Counted from the whole stretch's first letter, positions 37,267 through 51,041 are shown. The stretch: DNA of 63,229 nt, filler included, from Folioceros fuciformis (GCA_049999805.1; 8 parts of 8 records of this genome joined end to end with filler, not necessarily neighbours in it); one strand, 5' to 3'. Notes: generated by a model not told the origin, from the sequence alone. Translations and numbers: made by a program.

Positions 37267-38945
37267 GTGGGAAATAGATCTATCACCAACCTCCGTTTTT
37301 GGGATTTCCCAGATCAATGTCTTCGAGGGTTCAATGAAGTGTTGACAGTGAATGCAAAGTTGCAAAAATATTATCTCGGCATATTCAATATTCAGAGAAG
37401 TGACTGGTCAAGTGCGGAGACATTAAACTTGGATAGTAGAAATAAGAACAGTCTAAAAAAATTGTATCTTACGTGCTATAACTTACCAATGTTCTTCTTG
37501 CAACAAGTTGTCTCTTCTCTAGGACGAAATACATCAGTACAAATTATCGGCCTCTAGAATGTGGATGTGCGGAAATTGTTCGCAGACTTGCCACGCATCT
37601 TGAACAAAAATAGCACATTGAAAAAGCTGAAGATACAGGATGATCGATGGGAAAGAAGTAGCCAATATGCTTTGGTGGAGGAAATTTTGAAAGCTTCATC
37701 GAGAGGTTGTCGTGGGTCTCTCTCCGGGAAGGATTCATAAACCCATACTGTGTACAGCATTTGATCCCTTGCAAGTTCAGAGGAAACCAAGCGGAACTGG
37801 AGTCAGAATTGACAAAGTTTCTCCTGGACGAAGAACAAGGTTGGGAGTGCAGCCAAGGGTATTTTGGTTGTCGTGATCCTATATTGGATTTCAGACATAG
37901 TTGGCCTGCTACAGGATTGGATAATGGCATCCAGGTCTCCCATAAACTGGAGGCGTTTGTGGATTCAGATTACTTGGATGACATAGTGCGAAGGAATGCA
38001 AAGTTTCATGAACGGCAGAAAGATTGCACTGGGAAAGCTTGAACAGATCTTGGAGCGAACACAAGTTCAGAACCTTCAGGCGACCCCATTCCAGCCCCAA
38101 CGATTCCTGCCCCTGCTCAGTGTCTATCTGATCTGTCCCTGGACAAAGGGAGCACTGAAAGGTGTCTGCTATCACACAAACTAGATCGTAACCACAAGCA
38201 GGTGATGGAGAAACTAGAACGTAATCAGGAGGAGGTGCTGCAGAAACTAGATCGTAGTCACAAGGAGATCCTTGATGCGATTAGGTCAGCGGAAGCAGTG
38301 GTTGTGAGGGCCGAACAGCAGACACTACGGACTTTGAAGAGTAAGCTGGATAATATTCTAGGGTACCGTGGTTCCACCATGCCCCGTCGCCCGTTTTGGT
38401 CTGTTGATGGTGTTTCCTTCCAAGAAAGGATTATGGCCTCGATTCAGGTAGGCAAGGCTGTTCATTTACATCTCATGTGTTAAAACAAGGGTGAGAATCA
38501 TTTCGTGCAAGGACAACCTGGCTACCGCATGGTTGTGAAGCAGAGCAATCGCAAGTGGATTCGAAAGCTTACGGTGATGGGCGTCACCTTGCTCTTGTTT
38601 CTGGTGAAGGCAGGCTTGCATGTGGCTGCTGGTGTGGGAAATGCTATATCCGACTTTGAAAACCTGGAGGGAGCTATGCCAGTGACAGTGGTGGGATTGG
38701 GTGGAGAAACCTTCGTCAACAACCTACAACTGGCTCATAAGGTACCACTGGATGAGGATGATGTCACTGTGGATGCAGCCTGGGCCGGTCTGAAGGAGGT
38801 TCTCAAAGCCCTTGAAGGCGAAGGCCGCATGTGGGAGCTGTTTCAGCTCACACAGGAGAGATACGCAGAAGGAAAAGAGGCAGCATGGCTATGCATTGAC
38901 TGTACGACAAGGTGCAAGGCAGCGGGACTTCTGGTTCAACGATGA
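37267..38945 (+). pseudogene. TORNADO1-like ROCO pseudogene: LRR end joined directly to the COR/C-terminal region
   Basis: GNRSITNL...LKKLKIQDDRWERSSQYALVEEIL is paralogous to 43936-44350; followed by HSWP, coiled coil, MPRRPF, LHLMC*...H.VQGQPG; frameshifts and a stop. Confidence 0.78.
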
Positions 38946-41900
38946 CGTGAACGTGGAAGCTTAAGGGTTTGTAAAGGTTTTAAGGTGGTGACGTGAAGGT
39001 CTGTGTCTTGAAGTGTAGGTCTGTTAAAGGAGAAGGTTGCTTGGTGAACGTTCGTAAGCTGAGACAGTAGACTGTGTGAAATAATGCTGGCTGTGGCCAG
39101 AGTTTGAATTGCCATAGAGAGTTGCAGCCAGATTTAAGACTCACATCACAATCCTGCAGCTGAGAATGAAGGGCAGTGCAAGGTTTTGATCCAGCCGTGG
39201 ACCGTTGTGCATTTGCACTACGGCTGTGAAATTGGGCCACAAGGACAGTTGTCACTCGTAGGGCTGCGTGTTAGTAAGAGCAGGAGCAAGGATACTTTGA
39301 TACGGAGGGATAGAACAAAATGTGGTGGTCTGTGGACCCGTGTGAGTTCCATCCGTAACTTTTCTCACAATCGGTGAATGAAGAAGGTGCAGAGAGGAGC
39401 ATGGAAGCTTTGGGCTTTAAGTTCTATCTTTGGAAGCGACTGTGAGATATATGGAATGCTGCCACAGCATCTTCACGGTCCGCTTGCTCGCACGGTGGCA
39501 CTGGATGAGGATGATGTGATTGTGGATGCCTGGTCCAGTCTGAAGGGGTTCTCAAACCCCTTGAAGAGCGCATGTGGGAGCTGGTTTCAAACAGGTGAGA
39601 TACGCAGAAGGCAAGGAAGCAGCATGGCTATGCACTGACTGACTGCATCACAACGTGCAAGGCAGCGGGACTTCTTGCTCAGCGATGATGTCAATGTGCA
39701 GGCTGAAGGTTTGGTACAGATTTTACGGTGGTGAAGGTCGGTGTCTAAAAGTGAAGGTCTGTCGAAGGAGAGGGTTGCTTGGTGAACGTTCGTAAGCTGA
39801 GACAGTAAGTAGGGTGTGTGAAATAATGGTTTCACTCGTAGGGGCTGTGTACTAGTAATAAAAGGAGGAGCATGGGTACTTGCGTAGGACGGGATCAAAG
39901 AAAATATGGTGGTTTGTGGACCCGTGTGAGTGCCATCCATACCTTTTCTCACAATCGGTGAATGAAGGAGGTGCAGAGAGGAGCACGCAAGCTTTGGGCT
40001 TAAGGTTCCATCTTTTGAAGCGACTGTGAGATATATGGAATGCTGCCACAGCATCTTCACGGTCCGCTTGCTCGCAGCTGGAGCTTCTAAGCTCCACTGC
40101 GAAGTGCCTGAAGGCAGACTGTGTTTGTCACGTGAGCGCGCACAAGTGCGATGGCCACCATGTTGCCGACCCGCATCTCGCGGATCGTGGCCTACATTCT
40201 TCCTCTTGTGTCGGTCAATCGTGCTTCGACACCCATCAGCCTGGCTCCATGTGCAGCAGTAAGCAGTTGGGTGGTGACAATGCTGCCGCTGTGAAATTTA
40301 CTGGCACTGGCCTCTAGTGGTGTCTTTCACTCTGCCTTTTCAACTCATCACCTTCATCATCTCCGCGCGAGGGGCGAGGGTGGAGGAGGCCAAGGAATAG
40401 TAGCGTACGTAGTCCGTGTGCTCAACTTGTTCAGGCCTGAGGAGGTGAAATGCAACCATGACATCGAGCCTGGAGCCTCTCAGACAACCTAAAACAACCA
40501 TGCTAAAATGACAAGGAGAAGAGGTCATCCAGGATTAAAAGCAACGACAGACATGACATTGCGCCAGCCGAAAGAACACAAAAAAGTATCAACACCTAAA
40601 CATCCAGGCGCACTATCTTTGGCAGCGTCATACGATCCCATGAAGATTCCCCAGGCCACACCTTCCTGCATGCCACACAATGTGAGGGAATGAAAACCAT
40701 AATTCGCCAGACCACATTCCCACTCCACAACCGCTGCTACAACCCGAACCTCACTCAGCTCATGCCATGGCCACGTCTTCTGCCGGTCCCTCAATTGAGC
40801 TCAAGAGCACAATTACAAACTGCGCTGCGTTGCAATCGACTAATTTCTCTTCTCTACGCCAGCGTGACGAGACTCAATCAAGAAGCACCGCATTGCAAAC
40901 AACGCTGACCAGGCGTAATCATGTACATACTGTAGGTACTTGACATTGACCACAATCGGCCTGTCCTGTCCTGTGCTGTCCTGGCTTGCCACACATGCGC
41001 TGGGCAAAATGACAAGTCTCCTCCTCCAAGATTCGCCTCTCTTCTCGGGCTACACGGGGATGGAGATACGAGGTCTACGTTTCCCAGCAACCAGTACAGC
41101 TATGTATATTCATATCGGAGAAAAATCAAGAGGAAGAGGATGTCCAACAAGCAAGAAAAATCGATCCTGGCTCTTAGGTACATCGCCATGACTACATGTC
41201 CAAAGAGTCTCAACGGAGCAACTAAAACGAAGGCGAGCATGGCTGCTTGTTTTGGTTTGGGCCTCCATCTCCCACTGGTGCGCAGTACAGCGCAGCGTAG
41301 CTATCCACTTTAGGCACTGTCCTATTTTTTTCTCTTCCTTTTGGCTTACCTTCGAAGCTTTCCTGAATGACTGGACTCGAATTGACTGGATGCCCAAGGC
41401 TTTCGTGAATTGGACGTCATGAGAGGATGGGGTGGTACGGTCTGCAGGCATATGCGACAACGCGCTGAACGGCTGGACTGACAAGCTTCTCGTTGACGAA
41501 GGTGTGTGAGGAGCTTCGCTTTTCATGCGCGTGGGTGCCACCCTCCGCCCTACAAAGCTGACCAGGCCTTGTTGTTGTGCGTGGGCTGCCGTCTTTGGGC
41601 TGCCGGGCCCTGGTTTGCTGCATGTTGACATAGAGAAGCCCTGAGGGCCGCCCAGTGCAAGCCAGGGATAAACTTGGCACCTGCAGCGCGTTTGCTGATG
41701 TCGACTGCAGTAGCTGTGGTGGGTTTTTGCAACATGCTTCAGAGGTCATGGCTGTTGAGGTCGGAACTCGCATTGCTGGCTTAGGGGTTTGTGCCTGGAA
41801 CTTGTTGATGTCGAGGCGTATGCAGGATTGGTAAGGTGACCACGATGAGAAATGTGTGTTGGGTGGGGCTCGGGACGGTGCAGATGATCAAGCAAGCTGC

Positions 41901-42960
41901 CTTACGGGTGGGAGACCTGGAGTTGGAGCTGGTATGCCTGCGGTAGGTAGCCCGTGGGAGTCAGTTGGTGGGATGACGGTGGACATAGTCGGTGCGAGAT
42001 GCCTCTGCTTGGATGTTGGTAGTTTGGCAGAAGAGCGCTTTTGATGGAATGTGAGGCGCAGGACGCTGTGATGATGCGGGCTGGGTGGTATCGTGAGTAG
42101 GTGAGGATCAAGCGCTGGCAGTGAAACTCTGGGTTGCAGGATCCGGAGCCCGTCAATCTGTTGGTGGGGTAGCGGTCGACATGGTCGGTGTGCGACGCGT
42201 CTGCTTGGCTTGCGGAGGATTCGTGCATAGATTGGCACTGGAACTTGTGCCCTGCCAGTTTCCGTACTGACGTGTGTGAAGTAGGGTAGTTGTGTTGCTA
42301 GTTCATGATCTGCTGGTCGAGATCTATGCGTTTGATGAGTGTTGTGATGGCTGATGTATGTCGAAGCTCTGTCACAAAGTCTCCAGAAGTCAAGGCAGTG
42401 ACGGTGTGGGTGGCAGGATTCGGAGCCCGCGAATCAGCTGCTGGGATATAACGTTACCGGACACCTCGGGGTGAGACGCCTCCGCTTGGCCGGCGGTGCC
42501 TGGGCGACCATGCCTAGTTTGACAGAAGAGAACATTTGGTGACTCTGAGGCACAGGAGGCTGTGAGGATGTGGACTTGGTGTCATCGTGCTTAGGTGAGG
42601 CACCAGTATTGGTCAGTAACGTGTGCTCTAGCTGTGTGCAAATTGGCGTTTGTGGGATGGACTTCCGGAACGGATTGCATTTAAGTTGTGTTGCGAGTTG
42701 ATCCTCTGCCGACCTGGATCGATGCATCGGATTGAGTGTTATGATGGCTCATGAATGTTGTCGCTGATCATGACCCAGAAATGGGTGCGTTGCTACTTCA
42801 GGATGTAGCGGTAACGCTGACGATAGACTGGTGGTGGGTGCAGGTGACTGTGTGCAGGAGGGATATGTCCTACCCTGCAAGTGCTCTAGATTGTCCAACC
42901 TGGTAGCTGGCTGGGGTGGTGGCCAGCGTTGAAGAGAGTGCGGTAAGAGCATCTGGTGGC

Positions 42961-44683
42961 ATGGCAAGTTCGAGCTCCAGTAGGCCAAGCTGGCAGGATC
43001 AGGATTCGGAGGAGGAGGCGCTTCCTGATGAGTTGCAACAACTTCTGGCCGAGCTGGGCGCCGGTTCCTGGCCAGCGGCTGCAGATGGAGCGTCCGCTTC
43101 TTCATCCCACACTCCGCTGCCGCGACGGCGCACCGAGTTTTCTCCTCCTTACATGGAACAGGACTCGTACAGCCGATTCTTTTTGCATCCTTGGGAAAAC
43201 GGGGAGCAAAGGCAGCGTTCAGCCATGCTACAGGTTCTCGAAGCCGTTAGCCTGTGCCCGACTCTCAAGACCATTGAACTGGACACGAGACTGTCGAACA
43301 CGCTGGCGAAGGAAATGGGTGCAGAGTTGCGGAATCAGTTCATGGCGTCCTTATCCGACAACTCCGAACTAGAGATGCTAAGCTTATGGATCCCCGAGGA
43401 GAGTGGAGCTGTGTTGTGGTCGGATTTGGGAGACTTACTGCGTCGCAGTTGCACTCTCCGCAAGCTGGATGTGCAGTGTGGTTACGCCTCTCTAGCCAAA
43501 GTCGGGTATGTGATGTTCAGGTTCGACGAGAAGAATTTCGCTATGTTGGATGACGAAAATGTGGACAAGCTGGACAGCAGCACTGTGCATCACTTCCGCA
43601 ACTTGCGCACTTTGCTGAGCGGGTTGCCGGCGAATCCGCACTCAGCGTTCCAAGTCCTGCACATGGGTGTAACATGCCCTTTATCGTCGTTTGAGACAAT
43701 ACTGGACCACACTCTGTATCCGTCTTTGCACGAGCTGTACCTTACGCTTGACGAAAATATGGATGTGGCAAAAGCGCAACTGATCGCGCAAGCGTTGGCC
43801 AGAAACACTGTTGTGCAAACTGTGGAGCTAAACTTCCTGCATACTGATTCGGAAGCTGTAAGAGAAGGGAGGAAAATGTTGCTGCGAACAGGTTTAGGTG
43901 AAGGAAGGAGGAGTGGCCATGTTGAGCGAATCCTGGGTAACAGATCTATCACCAACCTAGTCACTTATGGATTGAGTCATGAATTTGTGACAGATCTAAA
44001 TTTCGTGCTCAAAGTAAATCCGATGTTGAAAGAATGTCATCTGAAGGAAAGTACATGCGAACTAGCTCCGGAAGGATTAGAATTGGATAGGATACCAGCT
44101 AAAGGTGTGCAGATTTTACATTTGGATGGTGGAATGTACAGCACACCATTCATGACTGCAATGTTTTCAACTTTGGGGGAGAACAAAACACTACACACCC
44201 TCACCATTGACGTAGAAAACTATTTGGAGGAGAAGGTGTATGCTAATCTTGCACACAACTTAATCAGGAACATGAGTTTGAAAAAGTTAGAGATACATGA
44301 CAACAGATGGGAGAGAAGTGGGCAATATGCATTGGTGAAAGAAATTTTGAATAGAAATTGTCGTCATGATGCATATTTACCTACACTATACAGGCAACAA
44401 CTCCATTTTGATGTACCCAAAGTGGGTAGACTCTTCCTTTGTGGACCCCCAAAAGCAGGTAGGTAGTTTCTTTTTGTGCTACTTATTATTATTTCTATTT
44501 ATTTTTTTGTTACTTCATTATTATTGCTACTTCTCTGCTATTTTTTATTCACTTGTGATCTATTCATTGGTAACCTCTTGTCTTGCAGGCAAAAGCACGA
44601 TACGACGAAATCTCGTGCATCATTTTCGTCGCCATTTTCGACGATGGAGATGTCTCCCAATACCAAGAGCAATGCCGTGGGTG
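42961..44683 (+). CDS. TORNADO1-like LRR-Roc(-COR) protein, 5' part; exon 42961-44458, intron 44459-44588, exon 44589 to contig end
   Basis: RI-like LRRs (LSDNSELEMLSL, LARNTVVQTVEL, LGENKTLHTLTI, LIRNMSLKKLEI), then PKVGRLFLCGPPKAG|KST P-loop restored by splicing. Confidence 0.82.
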
Positions 44684-44784
44684 ANNNNNNNNNNNNNNNN
44701 NNNNNNNNNNNNNNNNNNNNNNNNNNNNTTAATTAATTAANNNNNNNNNNNNNNNNNNNNNNNNNNNNNNNNNNNNNNNNNNNN

Positions 44785-45640
44785 ACCAGGCCAAGCTGCC
44801 TGCTTGCAGCCTGACCGAGTTGCCGTCTGCCTGGTAGACCCCGTTGGGACCTTAGCCGGGCCCCGGCCTACTAACGCCACGGCTAGCCCAGGCCGACTGG
44901 CCAGTGCCACTAGGCGACCCCCAGCCTGCCGATCCGAGCCACCGCCTTGCTCCAGCCGTGACCAGCCAAGTCGCCCAGCAGAACTTGCCCCCTTCAGCCT
45001 GGCGACTTCGGCCCCGATTCAGCCAGGTCGCCGACTGGCCAGAGGCCAGCCCGTCAACTTGGTTACCCGGATCCACCTCGGCCATCTGGAGCCCCTAGCC
45101 AGCCGCCAGCCTTGGCCTCCCAGACTCCTTGCCGCCCAGCCGGACCGTCCAAGCTGTTTGGCTGGATCCCCTGCAGCCAGTTTGCCAGCCAGCCCTCCTA
45201 CCAGCCTAGTGCCGGCCGCTTGCCCAGAGGCCGCAAGCTGGCTCCTGCCTTCTGAATCCGGCCAGATCCAGGCCACCGCTCCGAATCCCGTCGGTCTGCT
45301 AATCTGGCCACCTGTGCTCTAGTGATCCCTATCCACCCGATGCACCAGGGCAGCATCCCGACACCTCCATCTCCGTCCCCAACTTTCACCAGCACCCCCC
45401 CAGAGGAAACCCCGGCTCACCTCCCATGACCCGTTCTAGGGTTCCTATCCCTCTGTAACTGAGGAACTGGAGCCCGTGAATATCTACCACACACCCTCCT
45501 AGACCCTATCGACTCACCATTAATCTAGCTACTAATCTAACCTAATCTTCTAACCATTGCACTACAGGATTCACTCAGAGATTCCAAAAAAGAGAAATCC
45601 TACCATTTTCCAGGGACCTGTTCATCATGTGGAGTCTACA
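44785..45640 (-). mobile_element. Family D LTR 5' part, inserted in Gypsy RT
   Basis: Minus strand begins TGTAGACTCCACATGATGAACAGG, matching 62567 TGTGGACTCCACATGCTGAACAG; GC-rich GGCTGG/CCAGCC repeats. Confidence 0.75.
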
Positions 45641-48600
45641 GAGGGCTAGCTGTGCTGCTGCATCTAGGTTGAAAGATTTGTTGGGGGACTGTTTCAGGGC
45701 GTCGATTAAGGGTAAGGCAATCTTACTGAATTCCTGGATAAACCGATGGTAGAATCCTGCAAGTCCCAAGAACCCTCTGAGCTGGGTGATGTCTGTGGGT
45801 AATGGCCATGCTGTGACTGCCTGGACCTTGCGGGGGTCCATCCTGATGCCATCTTTCGTGACGATGTGTCCTAGGTAGTCCACTTCTTTGTACATGAAGG
45901 TGCACTTGCTCCTCTTGGCTAACATGTGGTGCTTCCGCAAGAGTAATAGGACAGCTCTAACCAGGTTTATGTGGGTCTCTGCATTTGCAGAATGGATCAG
46001 GATGTTGTCGAGGAACACTTCTATGCCCTGCCCCAAGAACGGCCAGAGGATGTCCTGCATCAGGCACTGGAAGGTTGCTAGTGCGTTGGTGAGCCCCATG
46101 GGCATCACCACCCACTCATAGTGGCCATGGCGGGTTTCGAATGCTATCTTGTGCTCATCCCCTTCCTTAACCTGTATCTGGTAGAAGCCAGAACGTAGGT
46201 CAATCTTGGTAAACCATGTAGAACCATGTAGCTGGTCTAGAATCTCATCGATTCTAGACATTTGGTACATGTTCTTCACTGTGGCCCTGTTTAGACCTCT
46301 ATAATCTATACAGAGCCTCCAGCCACCATTTGGCTTGGCCACTAGCAACACTAGGGCTCCATAAGGTGAGACAGATGGACGCACAAAACTTTGAGCCAAG
46401 AAGGCGTCAACTTGTTTTTTTATCTCTACATTCTCCATGACTGACAATTGGTATGGTGGAATGCTTACACGTTTGGAGCCTGCTACAAGGTCGATGTTAT
46501 GGTCCACTGGTCTCCTAGGAGGAAGCTCTGCAGGGTCAGCAAACAACTCGCTGAATTCTGTCAACAGTGACTTCATTTCTTCAGGAAGGGCTTCTTTCTC
46601 TTGAGCTTGCTTCTCTGCTCGAGTTTTTGTTGTGCCTTCCAATGGGGAGACCTTTTTCAGCTTGGCTATGTACAAGAAGCTGCCGTGGGCAGTTGCTTTA
46701 TGTAATGCTGAGACAGCGACCAAGTGTTTGTCGGGGATGTAGGTTTCTCCTAATAACTTGTATTGCTGGTGGCCCACTTGCAGACTTACTACATTGTTCA
46801 GCTAGTCGATCCTGAGGTGCTGAGAATGGGCAACTAACCAAGGCTTTCCTACGATCATATCGTGGACTAGGCTAGGCATCACAATCAGCTTGAGCTCCTC
46901 AGTGTACCCCCCTGGGAAAGTAAGGTGAGCTTCTACCCACTTCTCTGAGCTAGTATCCTTCTTCCCTAAGGTTGTCACCACTGTGGATAGCTGACTGGAG
47001 TCCTGGATGTGCAGATTTGCTCTATGAGCCGCAACTTCCAAGATATAGTGGTGGCCAGCCCCATTGTCTAGAAGGGCTGTGACCGTGATGCCCTCCAACT
47101 GCATCCTGACCTTGAGGGGGACATGGTGCAGGTTACAAGCATTTAACAAACAGCAACCATTGCAGGCTTTTGGGGCACCTGATGAGGGGTCTCCTTCAAC
47201 TTCCTTGAGGGTGACCGAATGACTGCTGCGAGGGTAGGGGTGGCTGCGAATGGGGCCGCTCCTGGTGGTGTTGCCTGTCTCCTTCAACCAAGCAATGAAC
47301 TCCTTACGGTGTGGACAATTTCAAGAACCATGGTCAGTACCTGTAGAGGTAAAACACATTTTCTTGTCGCTGTAGTACTTCTTCTCCTCTTCTATCAGGA
47401 TCTTGAACACAGGCTTTTTGTTCACCACATTGGATGTCCTCCCAAACTACGGCCTCTGACCCATGGGAGTGCCCAAGTGTTTGTACTTGTTCAGGCCATA
47501 GTTCATGGCAGCTCGGATCTCCTCTGCCAGAGTTCCAGGATTGGTCTGGTTGACGTCTGCACGCAACTCAAATCGGAGTTCGTCAATGAACTTTTCCACC
47601 TTCTGCTCTTCGTGTAGCCTTGGCATATCCAGGGTAAGTTGGAGGAACTTGTCACAATACTCCTGCACACTGCCTTGTTGATATATTTTCCGGAACTGAT
47701 GATACAGCTCCTTCCTGTGGTTGACGGGAAGGAACTGTTCCAGGAAAATTTGGCAGAACAAGGGCCATGAGTACACCGGGGACTCCATTTTGAGGTCCAC
47801 CTGTTTCTCCCGCTGTCGCCACCAGCGATACGCATATCCATCCAAGGACATCACAAAGAATTGAATCTTTTGGAGATCATCCTTCTCACTCGCTACGAGG
47901 TACTTGTCCATCTTATCCAGCCAGTCGTACACGCTTTGGGCTTCCTTAGCTTGGTCGTCGAANNNNNNNNNNNNNNNNNNNNNNNNNNNNNNNNNNNNNN
48001 NNNNNNNNNNNNNNNNNNNNNNNNNNNNNNNNNNNNNNNNNNNNNNNNNNNNNNNNNNNNNNACACGCTTTGGGCTTCCTTAGCTTGGTCGTCGAAAGTG
48101 GTTGTCTTGATCTTCCGCTGGAGCTCTCGGTCTTGTTGTGGTTTGGGCTTGAACAAGTACTCGTGCTCTTTAGGTACTCCTCCTCCTGTCTTACCTCCTT
48201 GTCGCTCCCACTGTTCATACCGCATCAGCTATAGCCTCTTGACCATCGCCTTGATGTCCTTGTCCTCCTTCTCTGCAGGTGTGAGTTCGATTTCGAGCCT
48301 CCTCTTCTCTTCCTCCTCGGCGCTCAACTCCCTGTCTTGGGAAGGCCCCAGGGAAACTCCCTTTGTTTCTCCGATCTCCCTTTTGCTTGCAGTGCCCTCC
48401 ACGGGCATCTCCAACCGACAATGGGGGCCGGGTGGAGGCGTTGGGGGACTGGACGTGGGAGGCAGGGACTATTCCAGCAACTGGAGCACCCCATTGAGTT
48501 GCCTTTCCAGACGGGCCTGTCCCTCCCGCACTTGCGACTCAACCCGAGTCAGCGAGGTTTCTACCTTCTCCAGTTTCAAGTCTTTCCGAGACAGGGGACT

Positions 48601-49666
48601 GTACAGTTCAGCACAGGTGCGTTCTATGCTCTGTCCAGTCTTCCAACCTTTGCAGAAGGTCGCCCGGTGTCGGTTCTCCCTGTCCGGTGCTAACTTGCCT
48701 GGATCGTGGGTGGGTGCAAGTCGGGATCCAGCGTGGGCACCCCGCTTCCTTAGGCGGCCTCTCCTTCGGGCCATAGGCTCACTGAAGTATTCAATGGCGC
48801 CCGTGTCCACTCCCGCCTCCAGCTCCTCATCTTCAGTCGCCAGGAGGGTGTCTGCCCGAGATTCCTGCAGATGCAGGTCGCCCGCCCTTCCGCGGCATCG
48901 CCTGCCAGGTTCTTCCTCCCGCATTTGAGCATGCCGGGTGACTTCTTCTTCTTGCCGGGTTCTCAATCTCAGGCGACAAGGTGGTGTCGTCTCTTCCACT
49001 CAGGACTTTCCCAAGGCCAATTCAAACTCTTCTCTCTGGTCCACAGGAGCATTGATGTTGGGCGACCCAACGGGTAGGCTCCCTGGCTGTGCGCTGCTGT
49101 TTCTCTTCAATCTCTTGCGCCTGACGTTGTGAACTCTTGATGTTGGCCAGGTCGCCACAATTGCCGCTGGCTCTGGCATGAGGCGTCCTACCAACTCTGC
49201 TCCTATTCGATCAGATTCGCATCAGGATTCGGCTCTGATACCAAGTGTCACGCTCTCGATTCCTAGACCTAGCTAGATTTCTAGGGTCGGATCCAGAATT
49301 CATGAAGGAGCTTAGATAGGCTGTCTTTAGTTTCAATGTCCAGGGCCTAAGAAGGCTGGTCTTGGTTTAGGCCAAGAAGGCCCAAATAACAAACTCTAAC
49401 TACTTCCTAAGGTTAATCGGTAATTATCCTAATTATTCTAATTACCCTAGTTTAAGTAACAGTTCTAAATAGCTTGTCTAAGTATACTTTATCTAGCATG
49501 CCTTTTCTCATACCCGTTCGGGTTCACACCGTCCTAATCGGGATTCGGGATTTTTGTGGGTACCCTATCTAGTGCCTTAGACCTAGCAGGGTTCCAGTCG
49601 TCCCTGCGGCGTCATTCTCCTTGCTGGTGATCGTCACAGGCGCTCCTGCTTTTAGCGATCATAACA
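45641..49666 (-). mobile_element. gag-pol: Chromovirus-like Ty3/Gypsy: 5' LTR 49246-49666, PBS 49232-49243, leader ORF and gag, protease, RT
   Basis: PBS TGGTATCAGAGC; gag Q.GSVQEYCDKF; protease ALLDNGAGH; RT WRLCIDYRGLN, KIDLRSGFYQI, VMPMGLTNA, FLDNILIHS. Confidence 0.92.
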
Positions 49667-49940
49667 ACCAGGGTCCTTCATGCATGCAATTGTGAAGATT
49701 TTCAAGGATTTCCTTAGGGATTTCATATAGGTCTTCCTCGATGATTTTTGTGTGTTTGGAGCAAGGAAGGATCATTTGGGCCACCTTCACAAGTGTCTGG
49801 AGCGATGTAGGCAATCCAAATTGCGTCTACATTCGGACAAGTGCTATTTCGGTATGGCTGAAGGTATCTTGTTGGGCCATCGCATCTCGGCGAGGGGAAT
49901 AGAAGTGGATCCTGATAAAGTCAAGATGATTATTATCTTG
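49667..49940 (+). pseudogene. pol: Ty3/Gypsy RT fragment (Athila/Tat-like)
   Basis: PGSFM...IFKDFL.DF.*VFLDDFCVFG...KCLERCRQ.KL.L...KCYFGMAEGILLGHRISARGIEVDPDKV. Confidence 0.9.
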
Positions 49941-51041
49941 ACAATTGCACACATGGAGATCAAAGGTCCACAACCTTTGATCTCCATGTGGATATATTGC
50001 ACCCTGCCTCCTTCATCACCTCTGACGCACAGATAAGGCAGGTGGACGAAGCCTGGATGAAAAGCTTAGTGAGGCAGATGCAGGCTGGCTTTGTTAAGGA
50101 AGGGATCTTGCCCCTCCTCTGTATGGTTGATCCGAAATAAGCAGCAAGCAAGGAAGAGGTTTCTTTGGACAGGATCACGGCGCAGCAGTACCACATGGGA
50201 GTGTTGGGGGGAAACCACTGTTTTGCAGCCATGCAGAAACTTCATCAGATGTTCCCCGCAGAAGATAAATATGAATGGATGGAAGGGCACGTCTATACTG
50301 GCTTGACAGAGGAAGAGATGAAGGTTCTCACCGTCGATCACAATGTATATGCAGACAAGCGGAAAAGGATGGGGTTTATTGAGCAGGTCAAGTACATCCA
50401 CGATGAGCTTGATATTTTTTTTAGGCATCACTCCGGAGAAGAGAAGCCACGATGAAATGGAAGTTCAACCTCTATAGGTTGCTTAGGATGACGGACGAAG
50501 GTGGAGATCCCCACGACATAGACTAGGTGCAAAAGATGGTGGACAGACATACTTTGCCGTATAGGGTTGCAAGGTGCACACCCGTGTTCTGTGGGAGAAT
50601 GTCGATAGGATATTCAGAATGTGGGAACAGGGGGAGCTTCCAGAGGATAAGACATTGGCAACATCTGGAGCAACGAAGAGGGCAAAGGCGAAAAGGAAGA
50701 AAGGAGATTCTACCCTCCAAAGTTCAGTGACCTAGGTGACCGAGGACAGCAGCAGGAGGCCAGGAGCTATGCAGGGCAGGCCATGGAGAGCATTTCAAGG
50801 GGTCCCCAGAGGTGTGAAGGGAGAGGAGATGCTCATAGCGGTGACTCAGAAAGTGATCCAGGGGAAGCTGCAACTACGTGACATGGACACTGAAGTAGGA
50901 AAGAAGAAGAAGATTCATCTCATCCAACATGCCTTCTGACTGGCGATGAAGTGCGACACATTTGAAGAGGCCAAAGAGATGTACCCAAAGCACACAGAAG
51001 ACGGCCATCTCCTCAAATTCCAGACTGCATTCGCCCAAGTG
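49940..51041 (+). pseudogene. Decayed gene with a ParB/Srx-like N-terminal domain and helical C-terminal region
   Basis: TFDLHVDILHP...QIRQVDEAWMKSL...PLLCMVD...VLGGNHCFAAMQKL...VYTGLTEEE...DHN; several stops and a frameshift; ends at a GTAAGT donor-like site at 51042. Confidence 0.6.

Noticed and set aside
44804-45322. Pro/Ala-rich ORFs
   Set aside because: Low-complexity GC-rich LTR sequence
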